64,000 nucleotides of DNA, from contig NIVC01000774.1 of NCBI GenBank assembly GCA_002269645.1, forward strand, positions 62,001-126,000, given 5' to 3'. The notes under the pieces were generated by a model. The model did not search any database. It was not told where the DNA came from and saw only the letters and a program-made list of their open reading frames with translations. This DNA comes from Macrostomum lignano (taxonomy: Eukaryota). The translations under genes were made by a program, and so were the position numbers. Shown here one piece after another: positions 40,561-54,659 of this stretch; within the stretch, counting starts at the first letter, position 1; the number at the start of each line of letters is the position of its first letter.

Positions 40561-43500
40561 AAGCGTCGAAAGAATTGCAGAAGATGGTAGATAGTAGATA
40601 TAATAACAGAACTAATAGGCGACGACAGTGGAGAAATCTAAGAACTATTAGACGGCAATAGTGCACTACTAATGCAGCAGGAATACAGACAACAGATGTC
40701 AGGCGGAAGACAGTAGTAAGAATCAGTGAAGTACAACAAAGCCATACGGAATGCAGGATTAGAACAGTTGATGGTGATAAAAAAATGGCGCGCCAGCAGA
40801 GGGAGGAGTAGAAAAAATGATGTAGGAAAAGTGGAGAAAAGGCCAGCCGATGCTTTATGGCCCTTTAAGCCAGGTCAGTCGGACTGCGCATGGCCTGCTC
40901 CTGTCTGCCATGCAACGCAAGCTTGTCGTGCGCACACACGGACAGACAGAGAGAAGGCGTAGCCCACGCAGCAGCGACCGTCAGGAGCCGCAGACAGACT
41001 AAAAGTGAAGAAGCGAAGAAGATCGCAAATAAGAGGGGGGGGGGATCAGGGGAGTTGGAGAGCACAGAGAGGCAGCTATGCACATGGGATCGGTGATTCT
41101 ACTAAGACATTGAAAAAAAATTGCCAGTTATAATGCTACCACGTACGCACTGAGCGTAGTGCAGCTGAACCGTTGCTAAAATTATATTACTTTAGTAAGC
41201 CAACTGGGGTAGTCATAAATATTGTTGCCAGGTTGTTAATCCATACCGCACTACCGGTATTTTACAATCTTCAGCTAAGCTGAACAACAATGGCAAAGAT
41301 TTTTTCATCCAACGAGCTTCTTAATAGCTTCGAGTGCGATACATTATTAGCAGGCTGATTGACACCTGCTGATGGAGTGAAATATATTTGGTGACCTGAG
41401 ACGCAATCAATTGATGTCAATGCGAAGCTTAAAAGCATTTTTATTATAGACCATGATGAAAACAAAGCCAACCCTTATCAAAACGGAGAGCCTTGAAATA
41501 CTCTATTGCTAGGAGCGCTAGCATCTGGATCAAACAAGCTCAATAGACCAAGAAACGAACATTCCTCCGCACTCACTTGTCAGCGCCTCATTATGCAGAG
41601 ATCGCTGTGATTTATGCGCCCAGCCTACTGACAGCAATAAGAAATTGAAACGCGCAGCAGAATTGGCCTCGACGTTGCGGAATCGCGGCAGTAAAAACAG
41701 GATGAGGAAGAGGAGGGGAACGGGAAAGGCGAAAGAACAGCAGAGTCGAGTGGGGAGAGAGTTATCAAATACGGAGCTGAAAAAGCACGCCGGGAGAAAA
41801 TAGTATTGAAAGGGAGGGAGGATTGAGGAGAGAGGGTGGAGCGAGAGAAAAGGAGGAAGGGAAGGAGTGAGCGCGAGCATAGCAAGCGCAGGGCGATGCA
41901 TATATGGGATTTCTTGGCCCGATGCCAAAAAATGCTCGACAGGCAGACCGGATAAGCGCATTGAATTCTAGCATTTAGTGTGGCAGAGAAGCTGCAGCAG
42001 ATTACAGATAGCTACTCACTTTAGTTGAGCACCGTCTCCAAACGGAATAAACAGTTAGATGTCAATTAGAATACGCGGAACCGATATGTTTATCAGTAAA
42101 CAATGACCTTAGTGTTCAGTATAAGCAGTTTGCATCACAGACTTGTGCCAACCTCTGTCGCGGCTGCTTTACATAAATGAATTTTTAAAGTGTCAGAAGC
42201 CGCAGGTTTTTTAATTGTGTAAATCTAACTAACGAGTTTCGAGATCCGCTCAATTCCGCAAAGAAACGTTAATGCCGAGAGAAGACAGTCAAGCCAGCTG
42301 TTGCACGTGTTAAGAAGCGCACAGTAGAGGACGCAGATTTAACACAATAAATAGACAGGGCAGTACTATTATTGCAGTGGGTTAGCAGGGCGCAGTAGCC
42401 TTACGCTACGCTTTATAAGCGCCCTTATATGCGCTATCTCATTCGGAATGGGAAGGCACCAAGAGAGTCTGTTCTTCCTGACTGGCTGCGGGGTGGAGAC
42501 CAGGCGAATGCACAGGCCCCGGGATTGGGCGAATCGCCTGGACTGAGCAAGTAGAAGCTGGGAGAGAGAACTGGGAGAGGGCGGGAGGGGGAGAGAAATT
42601 CACAGGAGAGAATTCAGGCCAGAATGGCCAAAATTAGCCAGAGCGGAATGCCCCGAAGCGAAGAAGCCAATGACGATATGCCGGGAGAGTCTAAAAATAG
42701 CCTTCGGATTTAGTGGACTATATGCACTGTGGTGGCCCCTGTAGCCACTGACTGGGAGGGGGAATTCCAAAGCAGCACGAAATAACAAGCTGATTTTAAT
42801 CGGATTGAATCTTTAAGATTCGTGAAAGAAATCGGAATTACAGTGCCTAGTTACGGGGACGATCTCATGCACACTATAGCGCAGGACTATCCTGATTATC
42901 CCTCTGTGACTTTGTGAGGAAGGTACTCACTCAGGGTGTAGGTTTGCAGATTAGATTTTCTAATACATAAGATAGAGTACAATGCCTTTCAGGACACTGT
43001 CTATTAGCAACATTTTTCGACGCACAAAAGACAGCAAGAAACCGCTTGTTTCACATAGCGACTATACATCCTATGCAGCAAGCGGGAGGCGAGTAGTTCA
43101 AACAAGGACACGGTTGAGCATCTAACACTAACACGCCCATTAGCTGATAGTCCATTCACTGGCTTTCCCCATGTTTTACCTGCTAAAACGATGCCATTAC
43201 CGCAAGAATAGCATAAGATGCTTCATAAATCCCAATACAGGTCCCGAACAGAACCGTAGAAAGGCACGAACTTTTGCAGAAAGGACTCAAATTTCTTAAT
43301 AAATAATTCACAGCTCAAGCTCAACTATTGCGCAGCTTATTAGATTTATAATTCTAATGCACAACCCATATCAAATCCATGTTTGTGAAGATAAAAAAAC
43401 AGCAAAACGAACCAGTGTTTTAGGTTGCTATGCGTAGTTGCCATGCAATCCATAATTTGCACTTTGTATTTTATGAATATATTATTGAGTTCCATATTGA

Positions 43501-45878
43501 CACAGACAGGTAGAATTATCTCACGCCTTTCATTTTTTTAACTTTATTCCTTCCCCTTTTCCGAAAGTAAAATTGTAAACGTGCGCGACGTGAAAGGCAG
43601 AGAGAATTTGCGATAGTGCTGGATTCAGACCTCAATCGGAAAGTGGAATAGGAAGCTTCAACTTTTTGACGCGACATTCCCGGCTTGTGCCACGCAGTGG
43701 AAACCCTAGTGTCTGACAATTGTCAGTCCCTCACACCGTTCAGTTGGCGAGTGGGAGAAAAAAGTGAAAGGAAATTAGCTCTTCTCGCTCACACTCCCAC
43801 TCAACTCTGCTGCATTTCCTACGCGTGAATTTTCGACCGGCTCCTTAACACGCCGCAGCCCTCCTAACCCACAAATCCCCGATGACTCATCCCGGCTCAC
43901 AAAATGCCGGCCTGACCCAATATCGCCTCGGGTTGTCGCGATCTCCCCAACACAGTAGGTTACAAGCAAGAAGGCAAGACTGAACTGTCATTCAAAATCG
44001 AATTCGATTCGAGATTGCATTGCAATAGCTCGCATAGGCTAACGGAAAAATGCAAAAAAGCAGCTGACCAGCACCCGAAGCGAATGCGGCTTACGATTCA
44101 ACTTCAAAGAGGCGAACTTTCCAGAGCGGAAACGCAGCTGATTCAACAAGGAGGTTGAACCAATCCCTACTCTGCAGACTATTAGCTCATTCATGCAGTT
44201 TACACGCACAGGTGTGGCCACAGACCCGATGCAGCAGCAGCAGCTGTTTAAGCATTACTGGCCTTCCGGGCGTCAAAAATGCTATGCGTACATTTGAACC
44301 CGCCAGAACCAACTGCTACCAGGACTGTGTGAGAAAGTTCTACTTGGCTTGGTTAGAAACTAGTAGTAATAGCGTATTACTCGGCAGTATACGCGGTGTA
44401 AGCACTGGTATAATAAACTTGGCATCGTTTGTTCACCACAGGAACAACAAAAACTGACACAATAAATTCAAGCCGTACCATCCGACCCCTAGTTGACTTC
44501 GTATAAAACAGATAGAAAGAAAAATGTCAAGGGCCGTGACCCGAAGCCACTCTAGATAGGCTCTAGCAGATGCCGATGTCCTCATTTTCAAACGACTTTT
44601 TTCTAAAAGAAAAGGTAAAAAAACGGCTACGGTGGTCATTCGAGCGAGACGACGCGGCAAAGTCCCGGGATTCCAAAAGCCTTCGCTCAAAGCTGCCACT
44701 CCGCCGGGCGTGCCAGCCCTTTCAGTTCAGCTTGAAGAATTTTTTTTCGGTCCGAATGCCACCCAAAGAGAATTTTTCTCGGCTCGAAAATCTAGTCTAG
44801 CAACCCACTAAGCAACAGGCACGCAAGCTTATTACTGGGCGGGCTCGGCCCCACCAGCCCGTGCGCAGTGCAGACAGCGCAGCGCGGTCTAAGCATTTTA
44901 AAACTCGGAAAATGTTTACGTTTCCAGCAGGCCTGGATGAGAGGAAAGTGGAGCTTCAACTTCCAGTAGGCAGCAGGTACCATTGCTGCTTCACAAAGCT
45001 GAGAGCTGAAGCGGAGGCTTTGGAAATCCTTCTCGAGTGCAGCCAAGAGGAAAGGAAAACTGATTTGAAATCTCCGCCTCTTGAACTGTCTCTCCGCCTT
45101 GGTGTCGGGTCTTAGCGATGTCAATCGAACAAAAACTCCGTGTGTGACGCAAAGTTTTCGTTACGTAATCAAGCACAAGGATTAGCGATTTGTATGCAGA
45201 AGGCAGCGGAAACTCGGAATTGAATTGTCAAGGATGCCAAGGTTCCTAGTAGTCCCATTTTCAGCTGCCGAAACAGCTGACAGAAGTGGCGAGTTATGCA
45301 GAAAATTAGTGAAATTGAAATGACGTTCGGCTGTAATCTCCCGCCTTCCAGCTAGGAAGCTTTTTGCTGGAATAAGAAGAGCCATCCTTGCAGACAGAAT
45401 CCCCGACAGCACGGGATAATCTAATTTAATCAAAACTTTCCACTTTTTGATAATGAAAAACCTATTAATCAAACTACCTACAAAGATTGATGATAATACA
45501 AGATGCATTAGGCGCATTGGATGGGCTAGCTAGCATGTTGGGTTTGCATGTAACTGAATTTCAATAAATCAAATGCATTCAAAAGCTGACAGTAAACATT
45601 GCAGCAGAGCATAGAATTATCTGCTCTGCCGAATGTGGAATAATAACATGTTTGGCATTAACACTAAGCCAGCCAGTCTATAGAAGTAGACAAGTTGACA
45701 ATCATAGTCGCGAGTATAACGAATAAGCAGGCTGGTTAATGTGCGAATAAATTTTTGTTGGTCAAAACCATAAAAGAAATAGAGGACTATTGAAATGAAT
45801 CAAATATCTTCTATGCAAGCTATCAGACTGAAAGTTAAAATCAAAATAGATAGCTGGCTCGCAGTTCCTTATGGTGAT

Positions 45879-46562
45879 CAAGGACGACTTAAGTAGAAGG
45901 ACGGGAAACCGCGTTTCTTAGAAAATTTTTGAAGGCACTTTTTCCCGAAAAAATACACTACGGAGATAGGAAGTTTTCATTTTTTCAGCACAAAAATTGT
46001 TATTGCGTTTGATAGGAGGCAGATCCAGTGTTCATCTTTTGATATGTTGTGCCTTTTTTATTGCTCTATCGATATTTATAAAGCTTTTCGTTCAGAAAAT
46101 TAGGATTCTATGTTAATTTTTTATTCTACGTATATTTCCTGTATCTAAAAATAACAAAAATGCATGACACAGCTCCAATATTTGGTTTTATGAACCTATT
46201 TTATCATCTGTTACAAATATTTGCTACACAGTCGGGTAAGAATGATAAAATAGACTAGGCATTCTAATAGGCATTCTAATGTATTTCAAGCACATGACAC
46301 GCGAAAATATACGTAGAATAAAAAATTAACATATAATCCTAATTTTCTGAACGAAAAGCTTTATAAATATCGATAGAGCAATAAAAAAGGCACAACATAT
46401 CAAAAGATGAACACTGGATCTGCCTCCTATCAAACGCAATAACAATTTTTGTGCTGAAAAAATGAAAACTTCCTATCTCCGTAGTGTATTTTTTGGGGAA
46501 AAGTGCCTTCAAAACTTTTCTAAGAAACGAGGTTTCCCGTCCTTCTACTTAAGTCGTCCTTG
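45879..46562. mobile_element. Non-autonomous hAT-type foldback/MITE (684 bp; ~259-bp TIRs; 8-bp TSD ATGGTGAT)
   Basis: 45879-46137 is the reverse complement of 46305-46562 with ~5 mismatches. Termini CAAGG...CCTTG; TSD at 45871-78 and 46563-70. Confidence 0.9.
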
Positions 46563-48728
46563 ATGGTGATATGGTGATAAAGAGAATATCCAGTCATTAA
46601 ATATCGCTATTTCGAATAATACTGCTCATATAATATATACAAACTTACAAATATCCTTACTCATAGAATACTACTATATACAGCTTGTCCTCAGCGCGAC
46701 CTCAGCAGCAGGAGAGCAAGGCCAAAGCAAAGTAAGCCAATGGGAGATTGATTGCGCAATCAGTGTGAGGAAACTATTCACTGCTGCATTCCTCGAATTT
46801 CCTGCAGCACACCGCAGCGCCGGCTACCCTCAAGGCAAAAGAGCAATCGAGCTACAAGCATACCCTAGAGATGCGACTTCTGCCGGGAAGATTAGCACGA
46901 AGAGCAGGAGAACTGACATCAGGAAGTGACCAAATATATTCGACTAGTCCTAGTCTTATTCGGATTATTCGCTGCGCTGCTTCTGGGAAGAATTTTGAGA
47001 CTATTCCCTGCATAAACATGCAGATCCAGAAGTGTGTAACGACCTGTATAAGATTATCTTTACATCTTCTCGAAATTTCACCTGAGGACTGTCCCTATAT
47101 ACAATCATACCCTGTCTGTCCTTACATTCTTTTCTAACTGAGTTTCTCTCTGGAACAGCATTTTCGATACATATCGTCAAATCCAAGACGACTAATGAAA
47201 TTCATAAGAAAAACGGAGTCCATATATTGCTTATAATATGTATTCGTGCCTGCAGAACATTTGTTGGCAATCTCTTATTTTTGCACCTGGCCGCTTGGCA
47301 CACACAGCTACTAATCTGTATAATATACACAGTAAGCATGTTGGAGAATCAGTACAGTTTGGCAGTCTGCCAAAAAGAGGCGGGGCCGGGGGCGAGGCGC
47401 TGCATAAACGGTTTCAAAGGTTTCTATTACATCTATACTAGGTAATAGAAGGTGGCTAAGCTCTCCACCGTGCTGTGCATAGAGCCGGCATATTTGAGAG
47501 TCACTCACTTCCAAATATAGCAATAAATTTTCTTTTCATTCATTATTGGCAAAGAAATGTATCAAATAATCAGTTTATACGGCTAGTTTTTAGCTATATA
47601 ATAAAGTGCACAGAGTTAGCGGTCGCCATAAAGCTAAGCCAATCTACCACACGCGCCTGACAATAAAAGGTCTTAATGAATTTTCCAGCGGCCAGATAGA
47701 TATTAAAGCCGAAATAAAAATGTCAAACAAACGGATAGAAACCATAAATGACTTGGGGAGTCGCAGGCTTCACACTGGGCCGGCACGAAAATTCCTCTAG
47801 TAAAACTCGACTGAAGGCAAACACACCTCGAGATTGATGAAGCGAAAAAAATCTCATCAATCTAAGGAAGCCCCGTCAACTTTCGAGTTGTTCGAATCGA
47901 TCTAATGCGTAAAATGATGACCCCGAGACTGACCTCTTAAGCCTATAGTTATTGACCGAGCTGTCAGAATTTGGAGATTCCATTTTTTACCTTATCTGAC
48001 CTCCACTCACACCCTAAAGCAGCGTTTTTCTCTCAGGTGAAGATTCAATTCGCCGCAAACATCGACCCCAAACAGAATATCTGCAGTAGCTGAAGACGCA
48101 ATACGCGGCAGGTGCAAAAAGTCTAGCGAGGGAATAATAAAAAGAATTAATTAGCAAGCTAGCCAGCAATTAAATCTAAGAAGCTGAATATTTAGGCTCA
48201 CCCAACGGCATAAACCCATGCATTGAGTGGTCATAGAATTGTTTCGCGCTAAGCGCCCCCAGCTTTTTTTGTAAAGCAAGAGCCAATAAAGCCAAGGGAG
48301 AATATTCTGCAAGACTAGAAGGAACAAATTGTAAGCCGGATAATCCCAACTATGGGAATCCATCTATAACATTATATACTCTTCATTCAGAATCCCACCG
48401 CTGCGTAAGACATATATTTGGCATCGGGGCGTATTTCAAGTCAGATAAATCCCGGCGCAGTTGGGGGTTGGAAACACAAACATTGCGCGGCAGGTGCTTG
48501 GAATAGCCGCAACAGGCAGGCAGATAAAAACAGGCAAGCTGGCTGTTGCATATAAAACTGCAAAGAAAAATCCCTAGGCAGATATTGGGAGAACTGCATA
48601 GAGAGAAAATCTGGGTCAAGCCAGGTCAAATCACGCGGATGGGAAAGATTAATTTTAATTTCTAATATACTCAGCAACAGCTAAACTTCCCCCCAACTGA
48701 GCAATGTTTTTATTGCTTGCTTTTTATT

Positions 48729-49030
48729 CCTAGTAGGTTAGAGCGTCGGACTCACGACTTGAAGGTCGGGGGTTCGATTCTCGACCCACTCGGAACAATT
48801 TGTGTCCTTGATCAAAAGACACTCAACACTGCATTTCTTCAGTTCACCCAGCTGTAAAATGGGTGCCAGCATTAGCTGGGGTAATTGAGGATGTGTGTGG
48901 CGACCCCCCAGTCCTTGGACTGAACAGCCGTACGCAGCCTTCAGATGCGCCGCGCAATAGCTGCGGCTGAGCTTTCGGTTGCACATCTGCCGATTGGGGC
49001 AGGTGTAATCAGTTATTAATATTAATATTA
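48729..49030 (+). mobile_element. CORE-like SINE family B, copy 2
   Basis: Reverse-complement match to 12875-13187; box B GGTTCGATTCT and AT-rich tail. Confidence 0.8.
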
Positions 49031-51461
49031 TGTAGGAACAGTGAGAACACTCGCCGTGACATCCTGATCACAAACCGGTTGATCAGCTCTTCAGGCAGCT
49101 GCTGCCAGAAGGCATTCAGGACCGCCAGTTGCAACTGTTTAGCAACTGAATGCTATCTGAATAAAAGCATTCAATTGTCTGAGAGTTGGATGTGAAAGCT
49201 TATGGGGGGAATTGCTGAGATGTCAAGGCTTATGAGGGGAATTGCAGAGACGGCAAAGCTTACGGAGGGAATTGCTGGATGTCAATGCTGAGAGATCAAA
49301 ACCTACAAGTATTTTACTTAAAAAAATAATTTCATTTTTTGTTGGCTAACCAAACGGGGGCGGCTCTGATTGCTAGTTTGAAAACTAAAAATTCATGTAT
49401 TTTTGCGGTAAACAATGGCCTCAAGCATCGATCTCCAAATAGATCGCGCATTCCTAATCATCCCTGACAGACCATCCGGACTTTTAACACGCTGAATGAT
49501 GCCCGAGTGCAAAGTTTTTTTTTCTTCAGTTTTTTTACGCGAAGCGACTTAGATCGTTGGCACGCGAAATGAAAAGATACAAAATATAAATAAATGAATG
49601 TTGAGTATCGAGATCCCTGATTGAGTCAGCTTTTTATATCGGGTAGGATAATGGCACAAATGGCACGATGTATCAAAATAAAGCAAAATAAAGCCAAATT
49701 TTAAAGCAGCATATTTTCAAACAGACAGGTGACTGAAAGGGTGGCGATTGCTGACGCAACCTATGGCAAACAAAGTAGACCCCTTAAATTACTAGGCTAA
49801 ATGTAAGGGTAAACAAGACTAAAAACGCCAAATGATGACGCATACTATAGACGACACACGTATATATAGTAGCCAAAGAGGAAACAGTCATATATAATCA
49901 GCAATATTATCAAAGTGAGAAATCCGATATAGCCATACGAATACGATGCACACAGTTGGAGAGAAGTTCCACTGACTAAAATTTCAACAAAAAATTCCAA
50001 ACAAGAAGCAAGTCGACGCTGTGACGCAATCGTGAGCACACACGCAGGGGGCGCCGGTGGCTAGATTAGATAAAGTAAAATAAAATGGCTTAGCAATGCG
50101 GGGCGCAGAGAAATCCAACTATAATATAACGAGGCTCTTGGGCTTGGCAATCAGAGGGCACGCATGCTACTCGCACCAGCCTACCAGCAGCTCAAATACA
50201 GGAAAGCTCCAGACTCCCTATCTGCATATGCAGGCTAGACTGAGCAAAGTGGGTCAAAGAAGGACAGCGCTGACTCGATGGGAAAGAGCGGACTTGGGAA
50301 AGAAAGACCGGGCCTGAGAGCGGCAAGCTGGCGGCGGGCGAGATGGGAATATATGGCCGCCCCGAGTCAGCGCTCCCAAGGCGCTTGGTAACAGGGGAAT
50401 TGGGTGGCGGGGGAGGGGGAATGAGTCACGCATGCGGCGCAGGAGAAGCAACGGAGTCCAAATTCGGGTTGGCGTTGCCAGTTGCATCTTATGCTCTTTC
50501 AATAACTAATTTACCGATTCAAAGAAGCAGCAGCGCTCGACACGGATGCGTCAGATAGTAGCACTACAGATTCGGAACATATATATGAGCTAATATACGT
50601 GTTGCTTAGATTATTCAACCCATGCTTCGACGATTGTTCATGTTCAAAACCGTGTATGGATAAGAGCATTAAATTCAGACTTTGTCAGAGCCATTAGACA
50701 ATATTTTGTGTATTTTGTGACGCAGAACAAGTCTGCAACTGCAACTGTGACTAAACTGTCAGACCACATGTGGTGCTCAATTAGATGTTCGCAGCGTTAC
50801 AGGAAACGCACTGTGTGAGCAAACCGGACTGCACTCTTAGCAACCGTGATGACATCCACGCCTGACTCCATGGAACAATTCTGTAGATTGATTTCGTCTG
50901 GTGGACTCTACAACTCCATGAGTTGCTTGAATTATGACTGCTCTGTGTCTTAAATTCAATGCTCTGCCTCTGCCCGTGGCACAGACCATAGACGGTGTTT
51001 TGACCATAGACGAAAGTAGACACATCAGTTGAATATGATTGCCAGTGCCTTAAAATCAATGCTCAATTTTTAATGAAAAGGTTCTATATAAAGGGTGTAC
51101 TGAAAAAAAGGTCGAATTTTAATCTAAAACTTTGCACAACTGTCTGCTACTATTTCTTAGTAACTGCGTATACTGATAGTCAACATTCATAAGTTTTCTT
51201 TCTTGCAGTTCTTCTTTTGATTGGTGTTTCCATTCATGAGCAACAGAATTCAGAACTGGCTGAAATCGCCATTGTAAGAATGGGCAAATGCCACAGGCTT
51301 ATTTCCTATTTCGATTAATTTAACAAGTTGTAACAAGTTCTCTCCTTACAATCGTATTATCAATACGGGATAGCCATACGGTCGTCGGCACCCGCCGCAA
51401 CGCTGCTCTTGTTTTAAGACCTTTGTTGCTGTCATGTAAGACATAATAACATAGTAGGAAT

Positions 51462-51580
51462 CATGGCTCAGCGGTAAACGCGCCAAAATCTCGCGCCACA
51501 AACCCTAGTTTGTTTCCGTGCGCTATATTATATATTATATATTATATATATATATTATATATTATATATTGCGCTATATT
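51462..51580 (+). mobile_element. Possible degenerate tRNA-SINE head followed by a (TATAT)n microsatellite
   Basis: Box-A-like TGGCTCAGCGG and degenerate box B AGTTTGTTTCC. Confidence 0.3.
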
Positions 51581-54139
51581 ATAATGACAAACCAAACCCC
51601 TCATGCAATGATGATTATTATCGTACTATTGTACGCCTTGCCATGTACAACCTTGAACCTTACAACCTATTGTACAACCTTGAACATTATTGTACTAACC
51701 ATCATTGAATTATATTTCAAGAATCCTATGAATGACTTAATCTCTTTATCTGAAGTACTTTACAAGTTGGCGCATTTGTTGCATAGAGCTGTCGGACAAT
51801 AAAAAGGGCAGAAGCAGGAATTAGTGACACAGATAATACCTTCACACCCTGCTAGTTAAGAAACAGCATCCATGCTTTTGTCCTTCTTGGAGACTTAATG
51901 CAAGAACAGCGTTGAAAAGTTTAGGAACTGTATGTAAAAGCTGTCAGCCAGCTGACAGTAGGTCTAGCAGGCAAGAATTAGGCAGCATTCTGGACGGCTG
52001 CAACAGACGTACGCAAGCGCAGATACATAGGAAAGCAGCTGATAGGCAATACCGAAAGATCGCGATGCAAGCGGAGGAACACTGTTGGAAGAGAGGGCCA
52101 TCTCGCTAAAGAACAAAAACGCATGCAGGCCCTGCAGCGTGTCTAGGATCCGTGTGTATCAGCCTTTACCAGCCCCAATGTTTGCGTTCGCAAAACTAAA
52201 CCGTAGAAATTGTACAAACCTAACGGTTGGAATTGCAACAGATGAATGCGCACTATGGACACAGAGTGGGCCAGCCAGCTATGAACTGACAGACTAAGAA
52301 AATCATGATGCTTCTAAAGGCCATGCTTGTGTTTCAGTCGCAGTTCGACAAGGTTTGAATTCGCTAAAAAGTGCATTGTGCTCGTATTATTTTTGTCCGC
52401 AATATTCAAACAGCTATGGGATGTCACAAGTGGACCAAAAAATGATTGGCTCGCCATGGCTAGAGCTAATGACTACAGCAGGAGTAAACTCGCCGCTATC
52501 TGACCTATGCATTTTTTATCCATTGCCTTCCCGTGCTGTGCCTCAGCTCTGCCTACTGGCTTAGACAATGATGCATGGATACCACACCCTCAGTGCAGGG
52601 ATGATTCCCCTCGCCCCAACCGCCTTCTCTCCTTGAAGAGCCGTTGCAACCCTTCAACCTGCAATTAGTGGGGTAACATGGGGCTGGGAAATGGGCGAAA
52701 GCCAGGAGCAAGTTTCTGCGCGGGATCAGGCGCCCCTAGATGCATATACCGAACGCAACTAAGGTTCAAGTTCTTCCCAAGCAAGTATCAGGCCTCCCAG
52801 TCCAAGCCAAAATCATGCCAGATCATCTTGTCAGTTGCTTTGGCACAATAATTCTTACATGCTGTTTCTAGCTAGCCTTGTAATCTGTCTCCCATCTCCC
52901 ACTGCCTATGCCAGCACAATATCTTCAGGTGCGGCAAGAGCCAGGTCGAGCCAGGAAAAATGCACCAAAAGAAAGCAAAAAGGGCAACAGAGAAGTTTCG
53001 GAGGCTGATGAGGGGAGAGAAAGGAATGAAAAAAAAACCGCAATAAAGCTGATGAGGCGAATAGGGCAGCTGGACGTGCGCAAAGTGCGGCATCAACAAC
53101 AGTGTTAAAAAGGTACTTTCGTCATGCTGCAGGGCCGCCCCCTGCCTGCTGCAAGGAATCTCTCTCGCTGGGCCTCTTTCTAGGCCTATCCTGCTACAGA
53201 AACCAAAGGCCAGAATGTTAGCCGTCAGGTGAAGCACCAGGCGCTAAGAGAGGAGCGAACGCACCTGCAAGCAATCAATGCAACTCGGGAGCAGCTGCAG
53301 GAGTTTAGCCTTAGAGTGAGAAGAGTGACAATTGCCCCAGTCCCGATGATGAGTGGCACTGGGGATATTGTTTGGGTCGCGTTGATAATAATCCCATGAC
53401 AAGAAGGGGACACCACCAGGCCAGTTGAAGCTCTGCAGATTCGCACAGCACATCAGGGCGACTATCCATCCGCCCTCGCATGCGATGCCTATGAAGCGAT
53501 TAGCCTTGAAGTAGCATTAGCTGCTTACAGTATGTCCATGGCCTACTGAATTATACACCGCATGCGTCTGCAAGTCCCGGCTTCTCAGTGCTAAATACAA
53601 AATCGATATTTTTGTTGGTGAACTATGGCAAGGGAATTATTGAGCAGCTGCAGATTCTTAAGAAACTGAAAAACAGGAAATGCGACAGGATTTTAACAGT
53701 GTCATTTCCATTCGTTTTAAGTGGCAACTTTACTCTTCAATAACTATTTTTCCTTTAAACTACTACTAGTATGAGTAGAGACAGAGGCACTATTGCAGCA
53801 AATTCTGTTTCAATACATGTATTATAACGCACTTAAGAAAGAGTGGAACCAGGGTGCACAAATGTGGCATTGCCGCCACCGGAAGCGATAATTTAATTAA
53901 GAAATTTTGAAGGTGAAATGCAATCTGTCACAATATAATGATAGATAATCTACTGAAAAGTAGTAATAAAATAGTTTTAAGTGAATTTCTTATTCGTGTC
54001 TGCAGAAATATTGCATACTAATAGCTTAAGAGGCAAGAGGTTAATACCAGTTGAGAGCAGTATTAACTGGGAACTTTTAGCCACGCGTGCAGGAGCTCAC
54101 AGCTCTATTTTTCTACAAACGATACCAGGAATTGCTTAC

Positions 54140-54501
54140 CCTTCTTGCAGCGAGCGCATAGCCGAATTCCTATCGAATCCCTGCCAGCCAGTCTGCTCCT
54201 CTGCAGCCGCTCCGTCGTCATAGTAATCCAATTGGCTGTCGAACGGAGCCGCACAGAGCGCCGCACCGGCCGACGCGGGCTGCTCAAAGATGTCGTCTTC
54301 CCAGATGTAGCCGTCGTCGTCATCGCGTCGACGATCCTGACACTCGCTGGCGTCGCCGGGGAAGCCGACAACGCCGATCCCAGTTCGCTGGCGCAGCTCG
54401 TCGAATACCAGCGGCGACATTCGACGCCAGGGCAGGCAGGCGAATTCGTCTTCATCATCGTCGTCATGGAAACCGCCGATGCTTCCTCCTCCGGTTGCCA
54501 T
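54140..54501 (-). CDS. Acidic (Asp/Glu-rich) coding exon, unassigned; ends at a phase-2 donor or at stop 54136
   Basis: GC-rich ORF MATGGGSIGGFHDDDDEDEF...RNSAMRSLQEG with a strong donor AAGG|gtaagc. Confidence 0.6.
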
Positions 54502-54659
54502 TCCAGATTGAGAGTCACTATAGGCCCCTGGCAACTGCAGCTACTCAAATTGGCGCTCTTGCCCGGCTGACAGGAGCTGAATTGGATTGCCGCACCAGCC
54601 TGATGCCTGGCTGAAGAGTGGCAATGCACCATATATTTGTAAAATGTACCTTTGTGACC

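Noticed and set aside
43500-45520. Cluster of 60-110 aa ORFs
   Set aside because: No family motifs and no GC3 bias like the real exons; treated as non-coding.
51900-53460. Short plus- and minus-strand ORFs with coding-like stretches (e.g. KHQALREERTHLQAINATREQL)
   Set aside because: No recognisable motif, multiple stops and no consistent exon chain. Possibly decayed TE, but unsupported.
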